DNA of 32,145 nucleotides from Macrostomum lignano (lineage: Eukaryota): the NCBI GenBank assembly GCA_002269645.1, contig NIVC01004100.1, forward strand, positions 1 through 32,145, written 5' to 3'. The notes beneath the pieces are model-generated. The model searched no databases. It saw only the letters and a program-made list of their open reading frames with translations, and was not told where the DNA came from. Made by a program: the position numbers and the translations under genes. This document shows, one piece after another, positions 1-8,094 of the stretch; within the stretch, counting starts at the first letter, position 1; every line of letters starts with the position of its first letter.

Positions 1-126
1 TGGAGTCGCACAAGATCAGCACTTGGCGGGCGCAGCTGCAGGACCGCTGCGACCGTTTATGTGGATCCACAGGAGCCGGAGCCTGCGACTCTGACGACGC
101 CATCCGCTTGTTGGCTGCATGCGAAG
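1..126 (+). CDS. PRKAG: AMPK gamma subunit (CBS domains), internal exon truncated by window edge, with apparent indels
   Basis: Frame from nt 3 reads ESHKISTWRAQLQD, matching the AMPK-gamma motif EEHKIETWR. DAIRLL and LHAK follow in shifted frames. Donor AAG|GTGCGG at 127 joins to VHRLPV, matching KIHRLPV. Confidence 0.85.
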
Positions 127-128
127 GT

Positions 129-388
129 GCGGAGTGGGGTTGTCTGGGAGTGGGGTTGTCTCGGAGTGGGGTTGTCTCGGAGTGGGGGTTGTCGTCGGAG
201 TGGGGTTGTCTCGGAGTGGGGTTGTCTCGGAGTGGGGTTGTCTCGGAGTGGGGTTGTCTCGGAGTGGGGTTGTCTCGGAGTGGGGTTGTCTCGGAGTGGG
301 TTGTCTCGGAGTGGGTCGTGTCTCGGGTGGGGTTGCCTCGGAGTGGGTTGTCTGGAGTGGGGTTGTCTTGGAGTGGGGTTGTCTCTGA
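129..388. repeat. 16-bp minisatellite (GGAGTGGGGTTGTCTC)n in AMPK gamma intron
   Basis: About 16 tandem copies starting immediately after the donor site. Confidence 0.95.
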
Positions 389-508
389 ATGGAGTCTCGG
401 AGTTGTCGCCGTCGTGGCTGTATCATTCCGCAGATTATCACTGGTAATGAGCTCACGAAACCTTGACTTTATATTTGACTTTAAACTTTGACATTACAAC
501 TGCCGCAG

Positions 509-799
509 GTGCACAGACTCCAGTGGTGGAACCGCACACCGGAAACGCCCTGTTCATTCTGACACACAAGCGCATATTGAAGTACATCTTCCTGAATATG
601 CACCAGCTGCCCATGCCGGAGTGGCTCGACCTGTCTCTCCAACAGCTGGGCATCGGCACCCACTCAGGGGTTCTCACCGTGTCCGAATCCACTCGCTAGT
701 GAAGGTGCTGAGCCTGTTCGTTCAGCACCGCGTCAGCGCACTGCCGGTGCTGGGTGTGGACGGCCAGCTGTGGACATCTACTCCAAGTTTGACGTCATT
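509..799 (+). CDS. PRKAG: AMPK gamma exon (CBS2-CBS3) with three apparent 1-nt deletions near 520, 694 and 770
   Basis: Acceptor GCAG|509 and donor |GTGAGT at 800. Restoring three bases gives [52 protein letters not shown]...[37 protein letters not shown], the canonical AMPK-gamma sequence as recalled ([25 protein letters not shown]). Confidence 0.93.
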
Positions 800-829
800 G
801 TGAGTCTGACTGACTGGCTGACTGATTAG

Positions 830-1030
830 GGTAATGATTAGAGAGAATTGGCTAATGATTAGAGAGCATTGAGTAATGATTAGAGAGCATTGAGTAATGA
901 TTAGAGAGCATTGAGTAGTGATTAGAGAGCATTGAGTAATGATTAGAGAGCATTGAGTAGTGATTAGAGAGCATTGAGTAATGATTAGAGAGCATTGAGT
1001 AATGATTAGAGAGCATTGAGTAGTGAGTAG
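830..1030. repeat. 21-bp minisatellite (GATTAGAGAGCATTGAGTAAT)n in AMPK gamma intron
   Basis: About 9-10 near-perfect copies. Confidence 0.95.
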
Positions 1031-1144
1031 CGAGTATTGAGTAAAGTGGGTTCCATGTATTACATATTGGGTACTGAGCGTGGATTTTGGGTCCCAGACA
1101 TTGGGTACGAGTCGGGTTGAAAATGTGCACAAATAATTTTGCAG

Positions 1145-1459
1145 AACCTGGCGGCAACAAAGACCTACAACAACCTGGACCTGCCCGTGAAGGAGGCCCT
1201 CCAGTATCGCCACGACCGTTTCGAAGGCGTCACAACCTGCAAAGCGACTGACAGCCTCCGGTGCGCCATCGAGAAGCTGGTGATCGCCGAGGTGCACCGT
1301 CTGGTCCTCGTTGACAATCAGCAACGTGTCGTCGGCGTGGTGTCACTCTCCGACATCCTCAGCGCGATCGTGCTCAACCACGAAGATCTGCAGGGTCTGT
1401 CAGCCGCAGGGGGAGGCGGCGGCACGCCTGTGCAGGGAGATCCGATGGAAATGGACTGA
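1145..1459 (+). CDS. PRKAG: AMPK gamma terminal exon (CBS4)
   Basis: Acceptor TTTGCAG|1145. Reads NLAATKTYNNLD...AEVHRLVLVD...GVVSLSDILSAIV, matching NLAAEKTYNNLD / EVHRLVVVD / SLSDILQAL. Stop TGA at 1457-1459. Confidence 0.95.
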   Translation, partial: NLAATKTYNNLDLPVKEALQYRHDRFEGVTTCKATDSLRCAIEKLVIAEVHRLVLVDNQQRVVGVVSLSDILSAIVLNHEDLQGLSAAGGGGGTPVQGDPMEMD

Positions 1460-1611
1460 GTGCGAATGATTCGCGCTGGACTTCTCCTGTCTGTAGATTG
1501 AGGATTGCCCATCCGAAACTGTCATCCGTACTCCATCACTTTTACTCTCACCCGATCACGTTCCCCCTAGACCTGTTGTTGTGAAAATGATAAGCCAGTC
1601 TGTTTCGGCCA

Positions 1612-1617
1612 AATAAA
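1612..1617 (+). terminator. Putative polyadenylation signal of the AMPK gamma gene
   Basis: AATAAA about 150 nt after the stop codon. Confidence 0.5.
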
Positions 1618-1671
1618 AAACATTTCACTCCATTCGTGACGCACTGTGGGGGTTTGGCAAGGGGCAGCGTT

Positions 1672-2150
1672 TTAGGTGATACTGTAGATGATTGTTGTAG
1701 GTGATGCTGTAGGTGATGCTGTAGATGATGCTGTAGATGATGCTGTAGGTGATGCTGTAGATGATGTTGTAGGTGATGCTGTAGGTGATGCTGTAGGTGA
1801 TGCTGTAGATGATGCTGTAGGTGATGCTGTAGATGATGCTGTAGATGATGCTGTAGGTGATGCTGTAGATGATGTTGTAGGTGATGCTGTAGGTGATGCT
1901 GTAGGTGATGCTGTAGATGATGCTGTAGGTGATGCTGTAGATGATGCTGTAGATGATGCTGTAGGTGATGCTGTAGATGATGCTGTAGGTGATGCTGTAG
2001 ATGATGCTGTAGATGATGCTGTAGGTTATGCTGTAGGTGATGCTGTAGGTGATACTGTAGGTGATGCTGTAACTGATGCTGTAGGTGATGCTGTAGTTGA
2101 CGTTGTAACTGATGCTGTAGGTGATACTGTAGGTGATGCTTTAGGTGCTG
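1672..2150. repeat. 12-bp minisatellite (GATGCTGTAG[G/A]T)n
   Basis: About 40 copies, with two main variants. Confidence 0.97.
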
Positions 2151-2804
2151 TGAAATGTTCTTTAGGGTTGCTGCATGGGATGCACCTAAGCTGAGAGACA
2201 TTTTCCACAGCCTTCTACACTGAGTATCCCAACCATACTTGCTGACTGCTTCTGCAGCGTTGAATGGATTCGAAGTGACTGAGCTAAAGGTTGTTATTGG
2301 CTGATAATTATGTCTACACAAAATAAGATACAGCAGCAGTCTGGAAATCTCGTTTTACGAGATCCTTTTTAGCTCTGCACTTATTGCGTTGATGTAGTTT
2401 TCATTGCAGTTTTCAATGCGAATTGTGTTATTTGTTCGTCTTACATGTACTTGCGAACCTTGACCTGCTTTGTCTTTGTGTTGTTCTTGTAATTTAGAAC
2501 CCCAAATACACTGCTTTATCTACCCTGCAACGATCTAGTTCTCTAGAAACAAAGCAGTTGGAACCAATAAATTTACATTGCAAGCCTTATTTAGTACTGT
2601 CAGTAGAAATGAACAAAACTTTACTGTTGATAAAGTTTGAATTCAGCAGAAAAACTACGGTTGATGAACCCTCTGCAAACTTAATTACGCTACATATCGT
2701 TCAGTGCAGTCATCAGTCATGACAGTTGAGTACTGATAATCTCTGCTTTATCATGTCAAATAATATCTGAAGGAAACTGATCTAAAATAGGTAACCTCAC
2801 ATGA

Positions 2805-3160
2805 AGTGGTCTGGCGCGTTGCTCTGATGTGTCAGCGGCCCAGGCTCGATTCCAAGTGCAGTCGCATTAATTTGGGGCTGAATTGGAATCTCGGCTTGGC
2901 TCTGCTCGTGCAATTAACGGCATTGAAGGCCAACCCCCCAAGGCACAGGGAAGTGTACATGCCTAACGATAAATAAAGTTAGGGCCGCTGTACACTCCTG
3001 TGTGAGTGTGTGCCTGTGCGTGTGACTGCGTACGTATCTGCGCGCTTGTGTGCCTGTTCAAGGGAGTCGGCGAAATGAGCAGTAATGCCTCTCGCCGGTT
3101 GTGTGACGATGTCGCTTAAAGTGCGCCAGGGTGCACACAGCCCTCTTGCCTCTAATAAAA
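2805..3160 (+). mobile_element. tRNA-derived SINE, family A copy 1 (A box truncated)
   Basis: Clear homology to 22124-22457 and 29054-29393 (reverse strand). B-box-like GGCTCGATTCC. 3' end CACAGCC...TGCCTCTAATAAAA. Confidence 0.8.
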
Positions 3161-3197
3161 CACCTCACCAGAATAAAGCCACCCAGTCAGTCGCCAC

Positions 3198-3282
3198 AGC
3201 CAATAGCATCAAGCCGGTCTCTGATTGGTCAATCGAAATCGGCGAGCCCGGACTTCAGCCGAAGTTATCCGCGGGCGGGGCT
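3198..3282 (+). promoter_or_regulatory. Putative proximal promoter of the WSC gene (CCAAT boxes and GC box)
   Basis: CCAAT at 3200-3204, ATTGG at 3224-3228 and GGGCGGGG at 3273-3280, all 70-150 nt upstream of ATG 3349. Confidence 0.4.
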
Positions 3283-3348
3283 GAGAAAAACAGCAAATTT
3301 CGAGCTTTCAGGATTTGTTGAGTTTTTGCCCAGCAGAGATAGTCGAGC

Positions 3349-3885
3349 ATGAAGAATATTCGAGCGCAAACGAGCTGTCTGCTGGCCCTTGTAAGCCTTG
3401 CTCTGGCGGCCTGTCTCCCCGCTACTGCGTCCTCCCTGTTCGCGCGTTCATCCGACCTCTCCATCCGCTACCTGGGCTGCTACTTTCTCACCAATCCGGA
3501 CTACGTGCTGAACAAAGCGGAGCGCCAGGTGGGCGACAACTACGACCTGATGCCGTACTACCGGCACAGCATGACCGGCCAGGTCACTCCGGAGCGCTGC
3601 GCCCAGTTCTGCCTGACCAAAGGCCTTCTGTTTGCCGCCCTGAAGAGCACCGAGTGCTCCTGCGGCATCTCCATGGACGGCATGCGGCTGGCTGAGGCCG
3701 GCTCGCTGGTGGACCAGTGCAGCAGGCGGTGCACGGGCGACACCAGCCAGCGCTGCGGCGGCGACAACGTCATCAGCGTCTATCAGTCGACACCGTCGGT
3801 GCGCACCCAGCTGCCGCGGCGGTGCTCCGGTGGCTTCTGGATGGTCCGGTTGAACCGGTCGGCCGAGTACGAGCCCAGCCTGCAG
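3349..3885 (+). CDS. Exon 1 of secreted/cell-surface WSC-domain protein (signal peptide + WSC + start of PAN-like domain)
   Basis: Hydrophobic N-terminus (CLLALVSLALAACLPATA). WSC pattern with 8 Cys: YLGCY...TPERCAQFC...ECSCG...CSRRCTGDTSQRCGG...ISVY. Exon is 179 codons and ends at CAG|GCGAGT. Confidence 0.85.
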
Positions 3886-3910
3886 GCGAGTGTCCCTGTC
3901 CGACACCGTC

Positions 3911-4032
3911 CTCTGCTCCAAACTCTGCCCCAAACTCTGCCCCAAACTCTGCCCCAAACTCTGCCCCAAACTCTGCCCCAAACTCTGCCCCAAACTCTGC
4001 CCCAAACTCTGCCCCACACTCTGCCCCAACTC
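3911..4032. repeat. 12-bp minisatellite (CTGCCCCAAACT)n in the GC-AG intron
   Basis: About 10 copies. Confidence 0.95.
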
Positions 4033-4113
4033 TTGTCCAAGAAAATTCGTATCAAATTATCCTAACAATCAAAACTAAAAAGCACACACCGGAATTTTTC
4101 ATCACTGCCACCA

Positions 4114-4150
4114 CTCTCTCTCTCTCACTCTCTCTCTCTCTCTCTCTCTC
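4114..4150. repeat. (CT)n microsatellite upstream of the acceptor at 4183
   Basis: Direct reading. Confidence 0.95.
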
Positions 4151-4183
4151 TTACTGGAATGAGCCACATTCCCCACTCAACAG

Positions 4184-4650
4184 AACATAACCGAGAGTCG
4201 AATGATGTGGCGCGCGGCCGACATGAGTCAGGGAGCGTCGGCACCCGCGCGCGTCAGCCTGAGGCTGTGCATGTGGAAGTGCGAGAGCCTGCCAACCTGC
4301 TGGTCCGTGATCGAGCAGGCCCTCCCCGGCCGTTGGGTCGGCTGCGTCCTGCTGGACCACGGCGCCACCAGTGAGGCGGCCACTACTAAGCCGCAAAAGC
4401 CGTCTAAAGGCCACGAGTTCGGTCTGGCTGAGTGGATCTGCGGCCCCGGCAGCTCACAGACCGAGGAAGCTGGCAGCGACAAGACCGGACCGTCGAGACA
4501 GCCGGACAGCGGCAGGCTGCAGGAGGCCGGCGGAGCTCGGGAGGCGGCCGCGGAGGTGGCGCAACCCGTAGCGCTGGGAGACACCGCAGTGGCTGGCGGG
4601 CAGCTTTGATGGCGGCGATTGTCGTCTGGCTGTTTCTGTCTGGTCAATGA
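4184..4650 (+). CDS. Exon 2 of WSC protein: PAN/apple-like domain, low-complexity linker, hydrophobic C-terminus (apparent 1-nt loss at GGG 4598-4600)
   Basis: Acceptor CAACAG|4184 follows a (CT)n tract and joins in phase 0 (Q|NITESRMMW). Contains C-x3-C-x5-C (LCMWKCESLPTC), WVGC and EWIC. Adding one G gives ...VAGGAALMAAIVVWLFLSGQ-stop, a GPI-signal or TM-like tail. Confidence 0.7.
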
Positions 4651-4839
4651 TGGCTGACGGTGGCTGTTATGACCCAATGAAAGCTCTTCTGGATCCATTT
4701 GTTACAAGAATAAGAATGTGGACTCATAAGGAAGCATAAAGGGGTATAACTAACTTCTCAACTGAGCAGTGCAAAATTTTTTTAAGGAAATAATAGGCGA
4801 CGAACAGGCCTCCCTTCTAGATCGGAGGCGTGACTGATG

Positions 4840-4980
4840 AGAAAGGAGAGATGAGAGAATAAAGGAGAAGAGAAGAGACGCGGGTAGAGGAGTGATGATA
4901 TAGGAGAAGGGAGAGAATAGAGAGGAGAGAAAGGAGAGGAGAGGAGAGGAGAGGATTAAAGAGTAGAGAGCAGAGAATAG
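4840..4980. repeat. Purine-rich (GA) low-complexity tract
   Basis: Direct reading. Confidence 0.85.
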
Positions 4981-5182
4981 ACAAACCTTGAGCGGGCCGC
5001 GTTGCCATTGTGATGTTTCAAAGGACCCGAGGCCCGGATAGAGAGGCTTTGAGGGCCGCATGTGATCCAGTTGAAGCTTCCATTTGTCAGAAACTTTTAA
5101 CCCCAACAAACACGGAAGTCCGTTGACTCGGTGAACTTTGTGCCTGTTTTCTACATGTAGGAATCGATTATTCGAGTATTAT

Positions 5183-5338
5183 TAGCAAATAAATAAAGCT
5201 TAAGATCAACATTTACTCGGTTGCTCGTCGCTCGGTCCCGGTCGCTCGGAGGCCGTCGTCACCTGACGACGGCCCTAGTGGGTTGAAACGCGTTGGTTTT
5301 CGCCTTAAATGTTGATCTTAAGCTTTATTTATTTGCTA
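5183..5338. mobile_element. Palindromic element with 33-bp perfect inverted repeats; probable Penelope-like (pLTR) remnant or MITE
   Basis: 5183-5215 is the exact reverse complement of 5306-5338. A central perfect hairpin GGCCGTCGTCA-CC-TGACGACGGCC spans 5251-5274. Direct repeat CGAGTATTATTAG at 5173-5185 and 5363-5375. Confidence 0.55.
5258..5300 (+). ncRNA. Minimal type-I hammerhead-ribozyme-like motif
   Basis: CTGACGA (5263-5269), stem II GGCCC-TAGT-GGGTT, GAAA (5285-5288), palindromic stem III ACGCGT and a GUU triplet (5292-5294). Stem I pairing is weak. Confidence 0.5.
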
Positions 5339-5451
5339 TTAATTAAGCGAGCAACTCTACCACGAGTATTATTAGTATCACATAAGGCTAGATACGAGTA
5401 TTTGTTGTATTATTGGACTTATTGATGCATGCATTGCATGCATCTTTAAAC

Positions 5452-5482
5452 CAGGGGTCGGCAAACATGGCTGCGGGCCAGA
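5452..5482 (+). mobile_element. hAT/Charlie-like transposon terminus (solo end)
   Basis: CAGGGGTCGGCAAAC...GCGGGCCAGAT resembles Charlie/MER58-type TIR and subterminal sequence. It is preceded by 8-bp CTTTAAAC, fitting the NTNTANAN target-site pattern. I found no partner end. Confidence 0.55.
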
Positions 5483-5722
5483 TGAGAGTGGAAAAGAGAA
5501 GGGAGTGAAGATGAGAGATGAGAAAAGAGAGGAGAGGCGAGAGATGTTATTGGGAGAAAAGATACAAGATAAGAGGAGTGGAGGGGAGAGAGGAGAGGGG
5601 AGAGAAGAAGGGAAAGAGGAGAGGGGAGAGAAGGGAGAGAAAAGGGGAGAGGAGAGAAGAGAGGAAAGAGTAGATGGGAAAGTGAGAAGAGAGAAAAAAG
5701 AGGGGAGAGAAGAGAGAAAGCT
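5483..5722. repeat. Purine-rich (GA) low-complexity tract
   Basis: Direct reading. Confidence 0.85.
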
Positions 5723-6756
5723 GAAAACAGACAAGCTAGCCGGATTTTGAACTTGAAGTCTCAAAGGCCCCCTATTGGCGCGGATCTGGAGTGCGTGTGT
5801 AATTTGTCGGACTAGAGGATTTGAATTTAATAGAACTGTACATTGAATGGATGTACGTTAGGCTAGAGCGCGATTTGACTAGGCTCCATTAAACTGGTGT
5901 TTGCTTCGGTGCCTATTTTAGCGCAATAATAAAATGATGTGATTACCACTACTGAAATGTAACTTTTCTGTTTGTTTATCTACTATATGCGCCACAAAGT
6001 ATTAGTAGTATTTAATACTACTTATTAATACTGTTTGGAAATGCACTAGTCGAATGACTCTTGTAACGAGGTAATTATAATATTTGGTTTTTATTGCGGT
6101 GCTTCTCGAGTATTTAACAGTCGTACCACTGTACCCAGTCATTATTAATCGTTTAGTCCATTTATCCTGTGTTACCTGATATAACGGCTTCTGGTGTGTT
6201 CAGTATCCAAATAATCTCCTTTCGTGTATACAACTGCCAATTTTGAGTAGTTCTCTGTCTAGTCTAGCTTCTTCAATGACATAATATTTTCTTATCTTCC
6301 TTCTCGGCTCCAACAATGATTTCCCAGTTCCCACCCAGCCTTGCTTTTGGCCATGCCGCCGCCTTCCAACTTTTGGTTGTCATTGCTATGCAATTCTCTG
6401 TATTCCCATCGCTTGCTTTTCAATATATGCAATCTATATTATATTAATGTATAGACATATTCGATTTAAACAATAGCACTGTTTATTTACATGTACGATT
6501 TGTACTTTTAAATATACGCAAAATTCAGCAGGTTATTCGTATTACTAATTAATATGAATATAGTTTGAAATAAAGTTAACAACTGCAGTGAAAAAAGTTT
6601 ACATTTTTGTCAATTATTAAGAGAAATAGGAAAAAACTACAAATTCTTATTTTGGACGGTACATGTAAAATGTTTTGTGCATTATGAAATGTCATAATTG
6701 TAAACACTTTATACAGAATCAGACAAAAACATTGGAGGGTCGGTGGTGACAGCGTG

Positions 6757-7606
6757 AGAGTCCAGGGTGAGGGGTGGGAGAGTCCGGGTGGGCGGGGGGA
6801 GAGTCCGGGGTGAGAGGGTGGGAGAGTCCAGGATGAGGAGGGTGGGAGAGTCCGGGGTGGGAGGGTGGGAGAGTCCAGGATGAGGAGGGTGGGAGAGTCC
6901 CTGGTGGGAGGGGGAGAGTCCGGGGTGGGAGGGTGGGAGAGTCCGGGGTGAGAGGGTGGGAGAGTCCAGGATGAGGAGGGTGGGAGAGTCCCTGGTGGGA
7001 GGGGGAGAGTCCGGGGTGGGAGGGTGGGAGAGTCCGGGGTGAGAGGGGGGAGAGTCCGGGGTGGGAGGGGAGAGAGTCTGGGTTGAGAGGGTGGGAGAGT
7101 CCGGGGTGAGGGATGGGAGAGTCCGGGGTGAGAGGGTGGGAGAGTCCGGGGTGAGGGATGGGAGAGTCCGGGGTGAGGGATGGGAGAGTCCGGGGTGAGG
7201 GATGAGAGAGTCCGGGGTGAGAGGGTGGGAGAGTCCGTGGTGAGAGGGTGGGAGAGTCCGGGGTGAGAGGGTGGGAGAGTCCGTGGTGAGAGGGTGGGAG
7301 AGTCCGGGGTGAGAGGGTGGGAGAGTCCGGGGTGAGGGATGGGAGAGTCCGGGGTGAGGGATGGGAGAGTCCGGGGTGAGGGATGAGAGAGTCCGGGGTG
7401 AGAGGGTGGGAGAGTCCGTGGTGAGAGGGTGGGAGAGTCCGGGGTGAAAGGGTGGGAGAGTCCGTGGTGAGAGGGTGGGAGAGTCCGGGGTGAGGGATGG
7501 GAGAGTCCGGAGTGAGGGATGAGAGAGTCCGGGGTGAGAGGGTGGGAGAGTCCGGGGTGAGCGATGGGAGAGTCCGGGGTGAGAGGGTGGGAGAGTCCGG
7601 GGTGAG
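6757..7606. repeat. G-rich 22-23-bp minisatellite (GAGAGGGTGGGAGAGTCCGGGGT)n
   Basis: About 37 copies, each with about three runs of 3 or more G. Confidence 0.95.
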
Positions 7607-7759
7607 GTGCGGTGCTAAGGCCCTGACTCAACATCAATAAGCGCAGGTAAAAAGTAAATCAGCAAAGTCAGAGCCAGCAGCCAGCAAAGAAGATAAAAAA
7701 GAGAAGAGGCCCTAAAATCTAGGACTCCAAGCTGCAGTGCAAAAGAGCAGTCCAGCGAC

Positions 7760-7995
7760 TCAGACCTTCCGCTTCTTGAGCTCCCGGTCCCACTCCTCCA
7801 GACACAGCATGGTCTGCAGCTCCCTGTCCCGCAGGCGGGCCACAGCCTCGGCGAACTCCGTCTCGGCCGCGGCGGTCTCGGCCAGAGCTGCTGTCACCGA
7901 AGCGTCCAAGGACAAGAAGGCCTCGCCGAGGCCGCTGCTGGAGGCCCCGCCTGAGCTGCTGGCGCCCGCCGCGGCTGATGGCGAGTTTGAGCCGC
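7760..7995 (-). CDS. LRRC61: LRRC61-like terminal exon (Ser/Gly/Ala linker and C-terminal helix)
   Basis: Acceptor after a pyrimidine tract, GTGCAG|7995, in phase 1. Reads GGSNSPSAAAG...ETEFAEAVARLRDRELQTMLCLEEWDRELKKRKV-stop. Codon usage is GC-rich like the other exons. Confidence 0.75.
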
Positions 7996-8094
7996 CTGCA
8001 CGGGTAGAGAAATGCGAAATTGCGGTTGTCAGGGGCGAGGACTTCGAGGAGACTGGAGGGAAGGGGTGAAAATGACGGGAAAAGAGGCAGAAAG

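Noticed and set aside
1548-2321. His/Gln-rich 257-aa and Asp/Ala/Val-rich 168-aa ORFs
   Set aside because: Both are readings of the 12-bp minisatellite.
3448-4029. Antisense ORFs overlapping the WSC, TMEM43 and LRRC61 exons (e.g. 3448..4029, 7737..8069, 30669..31196)
   Set aside because: These are shadow ORFs expected opposite GC-rich coding exons.
6180-6420. Short minus-strand coding-like fragment
   Set aside because: Interrupted by stops in all frames, with no recognisable homology.
6576-7637. 353-aa Pro-rich ORF and similar repeat-derived ORFs (8572-10149, 12673, 14172-15193, 15415-16771, 20790-21546, 31141-31860)
   Set aside because: Each coincides with a tandem array and its peptide periodicity equals the DNA unit length.
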